From: Bryobacterales bacterium
GTDB lineage: Bacteria > Acidobacteriota > Terriglobia > Bryobacterales > UBA6623
DNA: 64,000 nt
Assembly: GCA_965261065.1 (NCBI GenBank)
Contig: OZ253444.1
Span: 7,414,902-7,478,901, forward strand
Direction of reading: 5' to 3'
Shown one piece after another: positions 9,796-19,005 of the stretch. Every line of letters starts with the position of its first letter. The stretch's first letter is position 1. The notes under the pieces were generated by a model that searched no databases, had not been told where the DNA came from, and saw nothing but the letters and a program-made list of their open reading frames with translations. The translations under genes were made by a program, and so were the position numbers.

Positions 9796-11100
9796 CTAAT
9801 GATCCGCGATGCCCCCATCGGGGAACCGAAGCTGCTGTCGAATATGCGGCGTATACGGCCGCTTGGCGGCCACCGCCTCGTCGAACCCGACCCCGAGACC
9901 CGGCCTGTCGGGCGGAAGGGCGAAGCCCTGTTCGTACGCCGGCCCCTGACCCTGGAACAGGTCGTCCCAAAACGGGTCCTGGCCGCGGTGACTGATCTCC
10001 TGGATCGCGAAACTCGGCGTCGAGAAATCGGCGTGCAGCGAGGCCATCGTGCTTACGTTGCTCTGCGGGTTGTGCGGTGCTAGCTCAATGCGATGCGCCT
10101 CTCCGATCAGGCCGATCTTCTTCAACTCCGAGATCCCGCCGCAATGGACGACGTCGGGCTGTAGGAAGTCCACCAAGTGCCGCTCGCAAATCTCGTTGAA
10201 ACCCCACTTGGTGAACAGCCGCTCGCCGGTCGCGAGAGGGATCGACGTCTTGCTGCGAAGGAATGCCAGCTCGTCGATGTCCTCGATCTGCGTCGCCTCT
10301 TCCACGAAGTAGGGCGCGTACTCCTCGGCGCGGCGGCAGAAGTCGACGGCCATGGTCGGGGTGGCCTTGCCGTGAACGTCGATGCAGATGCGGAAGTCAT
10401 CGCCGACGGCTTCGCGAACGGCCTTGAGATTGGCGATCCCCTCACGAACCGAGCCAACACGCTCGATGACGTCGTTGTGCGTCGTCACAAAGCCGCCTTT
10501 GCAGGCCGTCCAACCGTCCTGTTTCACCTGGAGCCAGTTCTGCGCGTACTCCTGGGGCGAGCGTCCGCCCGCGTGAACGTACATCTGCACGCGCTCGCGC
10601 GCCTTGCCGCCAAGCAACATCCAGATCGGCTGGTCAAGCGCCTGGCCGAGAATGTCCCACAGCGCGATCTCGACCGCGCTCACCGCCGAGTTGAGAATCG
10701 GACCGCCGCGCCAGCGCGCCCAGCGGAACATGGCCTGCCAGTGCATTTCGATGTCGGTCGGATCGCGCCCGACCAGATAGCGTTTATGCTCCTCGATCGC
10801 GGCGGCCATGGTCTTGGCCTTGCTGGTGACCGAGCCCTCGCCGGTGCCGACGATGCCTTGGTTCGTGAAGATCCTCGCGAAGACATAGTTCGAGCTGTTC
10901 GGCTTGCCGCTGCGGCTCACCACATAGGTCTTGAGATCCGTCACCTTCAGGTTGAGCGGCTTGGCCTTCGCGGCCGCTTGCGCCATGAGGCCTTCGGGAC
11001 CGCTGAATGCAGCCAAGCTCACACCCGCCGCCGCGGCGGCGCTTTGCAAGAAATCACGTCGTGTCATCGTCATGCTCCCTATGATCGAATTACGAATCAC
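9796..11100 (-). CDS. Enolase-superfamily enzyme (mandelate racemase/galactonate dehydratase-like) with Tat-type signal
   Basis: 434 aa. N-terminus MTRRDFLQSAAAAAG. Barrel-region strings ...DVHGKATP..., ...GERLFTKWGF..., ...APHNPQS.... Confidence 0.75.
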   Translation of the reverse strand: MIRNSIIGSMTMTRRDFLQSAAAAAGVSLAAFSGPEGLMAQAAAKAKPLNLKVTDLKTYVVSRSGKPNSSNYVFARIFTNQGIVGTGEGSVTSKAKTMAAAIEEHKRYLVGRDPTDIEMHWQAMFRWARWRGGPILNSAVSAVEIALWDILGQALDQPIWMLLGGKARERVQMYVHAGGRSPQEYAQNWLQVKQDGWTACKGGFVTTHNDVIERVGSVREGIANLKAVREAVGDDFRICIDVHGKATPTMAVDFCRRAEEYAPYFVEEATQIEDIDELAFLRSKTSIPLATGERLFTKWGFNEICERHLVDFLQPDVVHCGGISELKKIGLIGEAHRIELAPHNPQSNVSTMASLHADFSTPSFAIQEISHRGQDPFWDDLFQGQGPAYEQGFALPPDRPGLGVGFDEAVAAKRPYTPHIRQQLRFPDGGIADH

Positions 11101-11990
11101 AAATCACGGCCTTGCGCCGCCCGCACCTGCCACCAGGCCAGACTCGCAACAACCAGTACAGCCCCAATCAACGACTGCGCCCCAATCGTCTCACCCAGAA
11201 AAGTGTACCCAATTAGCGTACCGACCACCGGCTGAAAGAATAGGCTCAGCGCCACGTGGTTCACCGGCACCACTTTGATCACGCGGTACCAGACCGTGTA
11301 GGCAAAGATCGACGACAGTAGGGAGAGGAACAAGATTGAGCCCCACGCTTCCGGCGAGACAGCCCCGAAGTCCACATCGCCCATCAGGTTTCCGAAGACC
11401 GCCACCGCCACCAGAAACCCCGCGGCCTTCATCGCGAACACCACCTGCATCGCGGGATAGCGTGGCGCCAGCCGGCGCCCGGCAACCGTGACCGACGATT
11501 CACACAGCAGCGACAACGTGAAGAGCGAGTTTCCGAGCAGGCGGTTGCTCGCCCCGGTCGCGGGACCTCCGAAGCCGACGCCGGACAGCACCAGCATGCC
11601 CGCCGTCCCGACCAACAGGGCCGTTAAGGTTGCGCCGCTGGGACGTTCGTGAATCGCGAGGGCCGCCAACGCTACGGTCATCAGCGGCTCGAGGGCAATC
11701 AGAATCGAAACGTCGATCGCCTGCGTGTACAACAGGCTCGACACTTGCAACGTCGGTGCCAACGCGAAGTTCAACACTCCGAGCGCACCGACCAGCACCC
11801 AGTCACGCCGCTCGAGCCGAGGCAAACCGATCCACGGCAGCGCCGCCACCAGCACCAGCGACGCGATACCGTAGCGCAACAGAACCACGACACCCACCGG
11901 CATCTCCGCGCCGGCCAGCTTCATCGCCACGTAGCCGGCTGCCCAGACCGACTGAGCCGCAAACAGCCAGAACCAGTACGCGAGACGCAA
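11097..11990 (-). CDS. DMT-superfamily (EamA-like) transporter
   Basis: 297 aa with about ten hydrophobic helices in two similar halves. 4-nt overlap with the downstream gene. TTG start as called by the ORF track. Confidence 0.7.
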   Translation of the reverse strand: MRLAYWFWLFAAQSVWAAGYVAMKLAGAEMPVGVVVLLRYGIASLVLVAALPWIGLPRLERRDWVLVGALGVLNFALAPTLQVSSLLYTQAIDVSILIALEPLMTVALAALAIHERPSGATLTALLVGTAGMLVLSGVGFGGPATGASNRLLGNSLFTLSLLCESSVTVAGRRLAPRYPAMQVVFAMKAAGFLVAVAVFGNLMGDVDFGAVSPEAWGSILFLSLLSSIFAYTVWYRVIKVVPVNHVALSLFFQPVVGTLIGYTFLGETIGAQSLIGAVLVVASLAWWQVRAAQGRDL

Positions 11991-12071
11991 GGCACCCTAC
12001 CTCGAAAGCATCGGGTTCCCGACGAGCCAAAGGCTGCGCCCAGATACCGCAACGAAACCCACAAACTGAAA

Positions 12072-13971
12072 AGATCGGGTCGAGTGACGGGGATTGCGCC
12101 CCGGCACCCTCCCACACCACCGGACATACGGTTTTCCGTATCCGGCGGTTGGATCCAGCGACCTTACCTGCACGCCGCAAGATTCGATGGCACCACCAAC
12201 CCGTAGCGCTTCAGAGTGACGTTCGACAGCCCCGTGTGCAACCACACATGATGCGCCATACTCCACGCTCCACGACGCGTCGCGACTACACGCAGCAGCC
12301 CTTCGCCCACCCCCAGCCGCCGTAACGCTCTCTGGCGGCCGCGCTTCTTGTGCCAACGCAGCCAAAAGCACTTCCGCCTGTGTCGCCGGATCCAACCTTC
12401 CAGCCGAAAGACATTCCGACGCTGCTGGGCCAGCCGGTACTATCCCCACCAGCCCACCACGTATCGCCGCCACTCGTCGCGTAACGCCCGACTCGTGACA
12501 CTGCGACCACTGCGCCAAATCTCTCGCACCTTCTGCTTGAATCGTGCAACACTCTGCGGCGCTACTTCTCGCTGCCCTTGGCGGTTGATTCGAAACCCCA
12601 GAAACTTTCGCTCCCACGGCCTCCCTGCCCCGCTCTTGGCACGGTTCACTCGCAAACGCAGATGCCTCTCGATCCAGTCCCCGATCCCCGCCAACACTCG
12701 CTTCGCCGCCGCCTCGCTGCTCACATAGACGTTGCAGTCGTCGGCATAACGGCAAAAGCGCAGCCCGCGGTTCTCCAGTTCCCGATCCAGCGCATCCAGA
12801 TAGAGGTTCGCCAGCAACGGAGACAGCGGCCCGCCTTGCGGCGTGCCCTCCTCGCTGCGTACCACCACCCCCGCCGCCATCACCCCGGCCCGCAGATATC
12901 GTCCGATCAACCGCAACACCTTCTTATCCCGAATCACTTCCGCGATCCGCTGCATCAGAATGTCATGGTTGACGTGGTCGAAGAACTGCGCGATATCGAT
13001 ATCCACCACCCAGTCCTTGCCCTCGCGGACGTATTCTTGCGCCGCCCGAACGGCGTCGTGCGCGCTGCGCCTCGGACGAAAACCGTAGCTCGACTCGCTG
13101 AACCGCGGATCGAAAATCGGTTGCAACACTTGCAGCAATGCTTGCTGTACCACCCGATCCATCACCGTCGGTATGCCGAGCCGACGCGTCCCCCCGTTCG
13201 GCTTCGGGATGTCCACCCGCCTCACCGGGCTCGGCGTCCATCGCCCGGCCACGAGTTTCGCCCGCATCTTCGCACCGCGGCGCCGCCAATGAACTTCGAG
13301 TTCGTCGACGGTCATCCGATCGATCCCAGCCGCGCCGCGGTTGCGTTTGACCGCCGCCCGCGCCCGCGCCAAGTTCGGCTCGGCGACCACCTGGTCCATC
13401 AGATCTTCGTGCATCACTTTCTGTCGAGAGTCTCGCGACACTCGCCCTGGCTTCCACCGACCTCTGCCCGCAGCGGCTCCACCGCTTCTGCGTCGGCCTG
13501 CTCCCCGTTTCGTTCCCCTTAGCGGGAAAGAACCTCGCGGCCCGGGACTCCGGGAAACCGGTTGGGCGCTATGTCAGTCGCTCCTCTAGCCTTGCTCCTT
13601 GGTCCTTCGGCCCTTGGCTCCAGCGGCGTTACCCGCCTTTCTCGCTACTATGGCCTCTGCTGACTTCTCCTTCGCTCTCACCAAGGAGCTCTCCCCAGGT
13701 AAGGCGCTGTTTCTTTCCCTTCCTACCGTCCGGCTCTACCTCGCACGTCTGGATGGACTTTGGGCTTCACTGAGGCCAGCAAGCTTACCGCCCGTACGCG
13801 GCCTCTCTGCCGGTTCGTGTTCCTACGGTCGAAGGTTTGTTCCCCGCTGCCTTCAGCTTGGCCGCGCGGCTTGCGCCCCACGACTTCCACCTTGCGGTTC
13901 CCTACGGTTACCTCCATCGGTTGCGGTGAGTACGTTGCAACTCACAAGTAAACAGCCCATGCTGGGCACAC
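12072..13971 (-). mobile_element. Group II intron (IIC-like), about 1.9 kb; the 3' boundary is approximate
   Basis: The 5' end GTGTG is at 13971-13967. Domain V hairpin CCGCCGGAUACGG-AAAA-CCGUAUGUCCGGUGG lies at 12117-12148, with a 2-nt bulge and CGC at the catalytic-triad position. The RT/maturase ORF sits in domain IV. A short domain VI-like stem follows. Confidence 0.8.
12164..13441 (-). pseudogene. Group II intron reverse transcriptase/maturase with an in-frame TAG
   Basis: RT motifs are present (…GIPTVMDRVVQQA…, …FCRYADDCNVYV…). The ORF stops at TAG 12440-12442 (…RYVVGWWG*). The same frame continues with the maturase (X) domain YRLAQQRRNVFRLEGWIRRHRRKCFWLRWHKKRGRQRALRRLGV... to the TAA at 12164-12166. 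No endonuclease domain. Confidence 0.85.
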
Positions 13972-13974
13972 TAG

Positions 13975-13994
13975 GGGCACGGCATGCCGTGCCC
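13975..13994. repeat. Perfect 20-bp GC-rich palindrome GGGCACGGCATGCCGTGCCC, 3 nt upstream of the intron 5' end
   Basis: Read directly. On the intron strand it is followed by CTA and then GTGTG. Confidence 0.9.
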
Positions 13995-14117
13995 GCGGCT
14001 CCGAGTGGCGGTTGACGCTCAAGAGGCCAACCAGGCGGATGCTGCCAGGGGGCAGCGCGGTCGTCGGTCGATACAGGCACTGGTCTGATGAGTCGGTCTG
14101 TAGCATAATCTGGGTGT

Positions 14118-16676
14118 ATGCCGATTCGCTTCACTTCGCGGCTCGCGGCTCTGTTGGCCATCACGGCGCTCGTGCTTGGCGCGAGTCCTGACTTCGACAC
14201 CGACGTCCGGCCGATCTTGTCGCAGCATTGCTTCCAGTGCCACGGCGAGCAGGTCCGCATGGGCGAGCTCGACCTGCGCACGGCCGCGGCTATGGTCATG
14301 GGCGGCGTCCAGGGGCCGGCGCTCCGCCGCGGCTCGGCCAACGACAGCCTGCTCTACCGCCGCGTCGTCGACAAAACGATGCCGATGGGAGAGAAGAAGC
14401 TCAGCGCCGAGCAGGTCCGCCTTATCGGGGAGTGGATCGACGCCGGCGCCCACGGCGGCGAGGCCAACGAGCAGCCGGCTTCCTCCTCGACAACAGAAGC
14501 CGTGCGCCCCAAGGGCTTTGACCATTGGGCCTTTGAAGTGGCGCGCCGGCCCGAGCTTCCCCAAGTCCAAGACGAGACCTGGGTGCGGACGCCGATCGAC
14601 CGGTTCATCAAGAGTCGGCTCGAAGACAAGGGCATCCAACCAGTCGGCCCCGCGGCAAAACGCACCTTGCTCCGCCGCGCCTATCTCACCCTGATCGGTC
14701 TGCCGCCGACGCCCCGCGAGGTACAAGCCTTCCTCGACGACGACTCACCCGGCGCCTACGAAAAGGCCGTCGACGACTTGCTCTCCCGACCACAATACGG
14801 CGAGCGTTGGGCGCGGCACTGGCTCGACGTCGTTCGCTACGCCGAGTCGAACGGTTACGAACGCGACGGCGCCAAACCGCACGCCTGGCGTTACCGCGAC
14901 TACGTCATCAACTCGCTCAACAAAGACAAGCCCTTCGACCGCTTCTTGACTGAACAGCTTGCCGGCGACGAGATCGAAGGCTCCAACGCCGAATCGCAGA
15001 TCGGCGCCACCTTCCTGCGCCTGGGCTCGTGGGACGACGAGCCGGTCGACCCGAGGGTCGACCGCTATGACCAACTCGACGACGTCCTCGGTGTGACGGC
15101 CACGACGTTCCTCGGGCTGTCGATTCGTTGCGCGCGCTGTCACGATCACAAGTTCGAGCCGCTCTCGCAAGAAGACTACTACCGCATGCTGGCTGTCTTC
15201 GAGCCGCTCCAGCGCCCGCAGGACAACCGCACCGACCTCGACCGCCTCGTGGGCAGCGAAGAGGAACTCGCCGCCTACCGCACGGCGATCGAACGGGCCA
15301 AACAAGAGGTGGGGCGGCGCAAGGGTGAGATCGCGAAGCTACGCAAGGCGGTGATGAAGCGCGCGCTCGAGAGCGGGAACAACGCCGTTCCGAGTGTGAA
15401 CTTGTTCGATCACTCCGAAACTTTGTCAGCGATGCAAAAGCAGCCAGAGCGGCGTAACGATCGCGAGAAAGAACTAGTCGCGGCGTTCGAGAAAAAGCTC
15501 GACACGGCGGTCAACCAGTTCGCAACACTGGAGGAAGCCGGCCGCATCGAGACCCTCCGCCGGGAGATCGAAACCATCGAGCTGGCCCGCCCGCCCGAGC
15601 CGCCACGCGCTTACGTCTGGTACGAAGACACAGCCATTCCGCCCGTGACCCGAGTCTTGGCGCGGGGCGACACGACCCAGCCGACTACGGTCGTCGACGC
15701 CGAAGCTCCCACAGTTGTAGGCGGTACATCGCTCGACCCTCAGGAACGTCCGCTCTATTCGACCGGACGGCGGCTGGCGCTGGCGCGTTGGATGACCAGC
15801 CCAGAGAACCCGCTGGTCGCGCGCGTGATGGTGAACCGCATCTGGCAGTGGTATTTCGGCGAAGGCCTGGTCGCGAGCGAAAACGACTTCGGCGTCGCCG
15901 GCGCGCGTCCCACCCATCCCAGGCTGCTCGACTACCTGGCCACGGAATTCATCGACTCGGGCTGGAGCCTCAAACACATACACCGCCTGATCGCCAACTC
16001 GGCGGCGTTTCAACTGTCATCGACGTGGGACGACGCGTCGGGCCGCGTCGACGCGGAGAACCGTTTGCTGTGGCGCTGGCGCCCGCGGCGTATGGAAGCC
16101 GAGACGGTGCGCGACTCGATGCTCGCCGTCAGCGGCCGGCTCAATCCCAAGATGGGCGGACCGAGCATCTTCCCAAAGCTGCCGCAGGCCGTACTCGACG
16201 GGCAGTCGGTCCCCGGCAAAGGGTGGGAGACGTCCAACGAGGAAGAGGCTTCGCGGCGCAGCATCTACATCTTCATCAAGCGCAGCCTGGCGGTCCCCGA
16301 GCTGGATCTGCTCGACACCCCGGATAGCTCGTCAAGCTGCGAGCAGCGCCGGGTCTCGACCACCGGCCCACAGGCGCTGACGTTCTTGAACGGCGAGTTC
16401 ACGCACCAGCGGGCGGGTGACTTGGCGGCGAGGCTCACGAAGGAGACAGGCGACGGCCCGGCGGCCCAGGTGCGCCGCGCCTTTGCGTTGACTTTGGGGC
16501 GTCCGCCGACCGAGCAGCAGGTGGGCGACGCGCTGGATTTCCTGGCGAAGCAGGCCGAGCAGATCCAGGCCGACGATGCGGCTGCGGGCCGGGAGGCGGG
16601 TGACGCCAAGATGAAGGCGCTCGAAGCGTTCTGCTTGATTCTGCTCAACACGAACGAGTTCTTCTATTTGAGCTAA
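14118..16676 (+). CDS. DUF1549/DUF1553 (PSD1) protein with N-terminal Planctomycete-type cytochrome c motif
   Basis: 852 aa. Signal peptide, CFQCHG motif, and ...IRCARCHDHKFEP... typical of this family. Followed by its usual DUF1501 partner. Confidence 0.85.
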   Translation: MPIRFTSRLAALLAITALVLGASPDFDTDVRPILSQHCFQCHGEQVRMGELDLRTAAAMVMGGVQGPALRRGSANDSLLYRRVVDKTMPMGEKKLSAEQVRLIGEWIDAGAHGGEANEQPASSSTTEAVRPKGFDHWAFEVARRPELPQVQDETWVRTPIDRFIKSRLEDKGIQPVGPAAKRTLLRRAYLTLIGLPPTPREVQAFLDDDSPGAYEKAVDDLLSRPQYGERWARHWLDVVRYAESNGYERDGAKPHAWRYRDYVINSLNKDKPFDRFLTEQLAGDEIEGSNAESQIGATFLRLGSWDDEPVDPRVDRYDQLDDVLGVTATTFLGLSIRCARCHDHKFEPLSQEDYYRMLAVFEPLQRPQDNRTDLDRLVGSEEELAAYRTAIERAKQEVGRRKGEIAKLRKAVMKRALESGNNAVPSVNLFDHSETLSAMQKQPERRNDREKELVAAFEKKLDTAVNQFATLEEAGRIETLRREIETIELARPPEPPRAYVWYEDTAIPPVTRVLARGDTTQPTTVVDAEAPTVVGGTSLDPQERPLYSTGRRLALARWMTSPENPLVARVMVNRIWQWYFGEGLVASENDFGVAGARPTHPRLLDYLATEFIDSGWSLKHIHRLIANSAAFQLSSTWDDASGRVDAENRLLWRWRPRRMEAETVRDSMLAVSGRLNPKMGGPSIFPKLPQAVLDGQSVPGKGWETSNEEEASRRSIYIFIKRSLAVPELDLLDTPDSSSSCEQRRVSTTGPQALTFLNGEFTHQRAGDLAARLTKETGDGPAAQVRRAFALTLGRPPTEQQVGDALDFLAKQAEQIQADDAAAGREAGDAKMKALEAFCLILLNTNEFFYLS

Positions 16677-16723
16677 GTTTTTCCGGGGAGATGCCCCTAC
16701 CTCAGACCGGGAAGTCGGCACTC

Positions 16724-16860
16724 ATGTGGCGTAAGGCTCCAGCCTTGCCGAGTCTCGATTCTTCGGGACTCAGGATGGCAAGCGACCGAGCATTCCCTTT
16801 GGTAGCGGACCTGAAAACCGAGGAATCGGTTCTCGGCAAGCCTGGAGGCTTACGCCACAT
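16724..16860. repeat. 137-nt extended inverted repeat (two 43-nt arms, 37/43 complementary) in the DUF1553-DUF1501 intergenic region
   Basis: Arm 1 is ATGTGGCGTAAGGCTCCAGCCTTGCCGAGTCTCGATTCTTCGG (16724-16766). Arm 2 (16818-16860) is its imperfect reverse complement. Confidence 0.85.
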
Positions 16861-16933
16861 TCCGCCCCGACACTTCAATGGTTGACGCTTTTGTTCAGAG
16901 GACATTCAGATCACGCGGCTAGTTGAGCTAAAC

Positions 16934-18442
16934 TTGAGTCGAACGACCATGGTGGACCGACGCTCATCCCGGGAAACGACTCCGCGCCGCCTCACCCCCT
17001 GCGGCGAGACCCGCCGTGAATTCCTGTGGGAAGCCGGTGGTGGCTTCGCGGGCACGGCACTCACTTTTCTTCTCGCTCAGGACGGCTTCTTCGGTTCGGT
17101 AGCCGGCGCGGCCACTGGCACCGCCGCCGCATCGCCGCTAGCGCCCAAGGCGCCTCACTTCACCGCCAAGGCCAAGCGCTGCATCTTCCTGTTCATGTAC
17201 GGCGGGGTGAGCCAAGTCGACACCTTCGACCCCAAGCCCGAGCTCAACAAGCGGCACGGGCAGCCGATGCCGCACCTAAACTCCGACCCGCTGCTCAAGA
17301 TGCGCCAGAGCCGGCTCGGCGGCCTGCTCGGCTCGACACGCAGGTTCACCAAGTCGGGCCAGTCGGGCATCGAGGTCTCCGACCTCTACCCCAACCTCGC
17401 CAACAAGATCGACGACATTGCCGTCATCCGCGGCACCTACGCCGACAGCTTCGCGCACGGCTCGGGGCTACTGCAGATGAACACCGGCTTCCTGCGTCAG
17501 GGGCACCCGAGCGTGGGTTCGTGGGTGACCTACGGACTGGGTACCGAAAACCAGAACCTGCCCGGCTACGTCGTCCTGCTCGACCATCGTGGCGGACCGA
17601 TCTCCGGGCCGCCCAACTGGGCCTCCGGCTTCATGCCGGCCACCTATCAGGGCACGCAGTTTCGTTCGACCGGCGACCCCATTTTGAACCTCGAGCCGCC
17701 CGAAGGCGTCACCGGCGCGCAGCAGCGCCGACAGCTTGACCTGCTTACGAAGTTCAGCCAGGTACCCGCAGGTGCCGCGGCGCCCGAGAACGACGAACTA
17801 CGGGCTCGCATCGCCAGCTACGAGCTAGCGTTCCGCATGCAGCAGTCCGCGCCCGAGGCCGTTGATCTGGCGAAAGAAACCGAGGCCACCAAGAAGCTCT
17901 ACGGCCTCGACCAGGAAGTCTCCGAGAAGTTTGGACGCAAGTGCCTCATCGCGCGCCGGCTGATCGAGCGCGGCGTGCGCTTCGTCCAGGTCTACTCCGG
18001 CGGCGGGCACGGCGACGACAACTGGGACGCGCACGGCGACGTCAACATGAACCACGAGCTACACTGCGCCGAAACCGACAAGCCCATGGCCGGCCTGCTC
18101 ACCGACCTCCACAGCCGCGGTCTTCTCGAAGACACGTTAGTCGTTTGGGCCGGCGAGTTCGGCCGCACGCCGACCAGCCAGAACACCAACGGCCGCGACC
18201 ACAGCCCGCGCGGCTTCTCCACTTGGATGGCCGGCGGAGGCGTCAAGGGCGGCCAAGTGATCGGCGCTACCGACGACTTCGGCTACGCGGCGGTCGAAAA
18301 CAAGGTCCATGTACACGACCTCCACGCCACGGCCCTGCACTTGATGGGTCTCGACCACACGCTCCTCACCTACTTCCACGGCGGCCGCGACATGCGTCTC
18401 ACCGACGTGCATGGGCGCGTGGTTCCGGAGTTACTGGCCTAA
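16934..18442 (+). CDS. DUF1501 (sulfatase-like) protein with Tat-type signal
   Basis: 502 aa. Strings TRREFLWEAGGG, ...FMYGGVSQVDTFDPKPEL..., ...GGHGDDNWDAHGD..., ...GEFGRTPTSQNTNGRDH.... Confidence 0.85.
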   Translation: MSRTTMVDRRSSRETTPRRLTPCGETRREFLWEAGGGFAGTALTFLLAQDGFFGSVAGAATGTAAASPLAPKAPHFTAKAKRCIFLFMYGGVSQVDTFDPKPELNKRHGQPMPHLNSDPLLKMRQSRLGGLLGSTRRFTKSGQSGIEVSDLYPNLANKIDDIAVIRGTYADSFAHGSGLLQMNTGFLRQGHPSVGSWVTYGLGTENQNLPGYVVLLDHRGGPISGPPNWASGFMPATYQGTQFRSTGDPILNLEPPEGVTGAQQRRQLDLLTKFSQVPAGAAAPENDELRARIASYELAFRMQQSAPEAVDLAKETEATKKLYGLDQEVSEKFGRKCLIARRLIERGVRFVQVYSGGGHGDDNWDAHGDVNMNHELHCAETDKPMAGLLTDLHSRGLLEDTLVVWAGEFGRTPTSQNTNGRDHSPRGFSTWMAGGGVKGGQVIGATDDFGYAAVENKVHVHDLHATALHLMGLDHTLLTYFHGGRDMRLTDVHGRVVPELLA

Positions 18443-19005
18443 CTCGCGGTCGTCCCGACCGCAGGACCACAGGCAGCAAGAGGCCAGGCCCTCTTCGTTA
18501 CGACCTACCTTTACGGGCAGGTCGCGAACGCCTGCCTGCCTCACAGTGGTCGGCCAGCCGGCAGGCCTTCATGGAGCAAAGTCACGAGCGGCCCAGGGGA
18601 AGCGACGGGCGACCGTGGCAGAAGCACGATGTGCGAGGGGTCGGTCCCAGCGGTGAGCAGGCGCCGGAACGCCAGGTAAAGATCGAATTGGGGCCGTTCG
18701 AAGAGCGTGAGCCGCCGCTGCAGGCTGGCGATGGCCGCAGCGCTGCGCAAGGTGTACCGCGCGAACTGCTCTCGGGCCAAACCGAGACGCCGCGTTCACC
18801 CATAGGCCGGTTCAAGCACTGGCTGAAGTTCACGCTGGGTTCGCTTCAGCGCTGGAATTGCTAGGCTAGCTCCGGCATTTGACTCGGCGCGGCATCCGTG
18901 CCCTACTCGCACCCTTGCTTCCTGAGGTCAGTCAGAACCCTACGACCCTTTCCCACCCGGTCTGTTGCCGCAGGCTCGGCGTGACGATTCTACCTCTGAG
19001 CGTCG

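Noticed and set aside
11997-12755. 252-aa minus-strand ORF spanning the intron 3' region
   Set aside because: It is out of frame with the intron-encoded protein. The frame that continues past the TAG at 12440 gives a textbook maturase domain, and the rest of this ORF runs through domains V/VI of the intron RNA.
18541-18865. Possible small XRE-type HTH gene on the minus strand (…RRLGLAREQFARYTLRSAAAIASLQRR…)
   Set aside because: The resemblance to HTH regulators is weak. The frame is interrupted by a TGA just upstream of the HTH-like part, and there is no start or RBS context. This is insufficient to call even a pseudogene.
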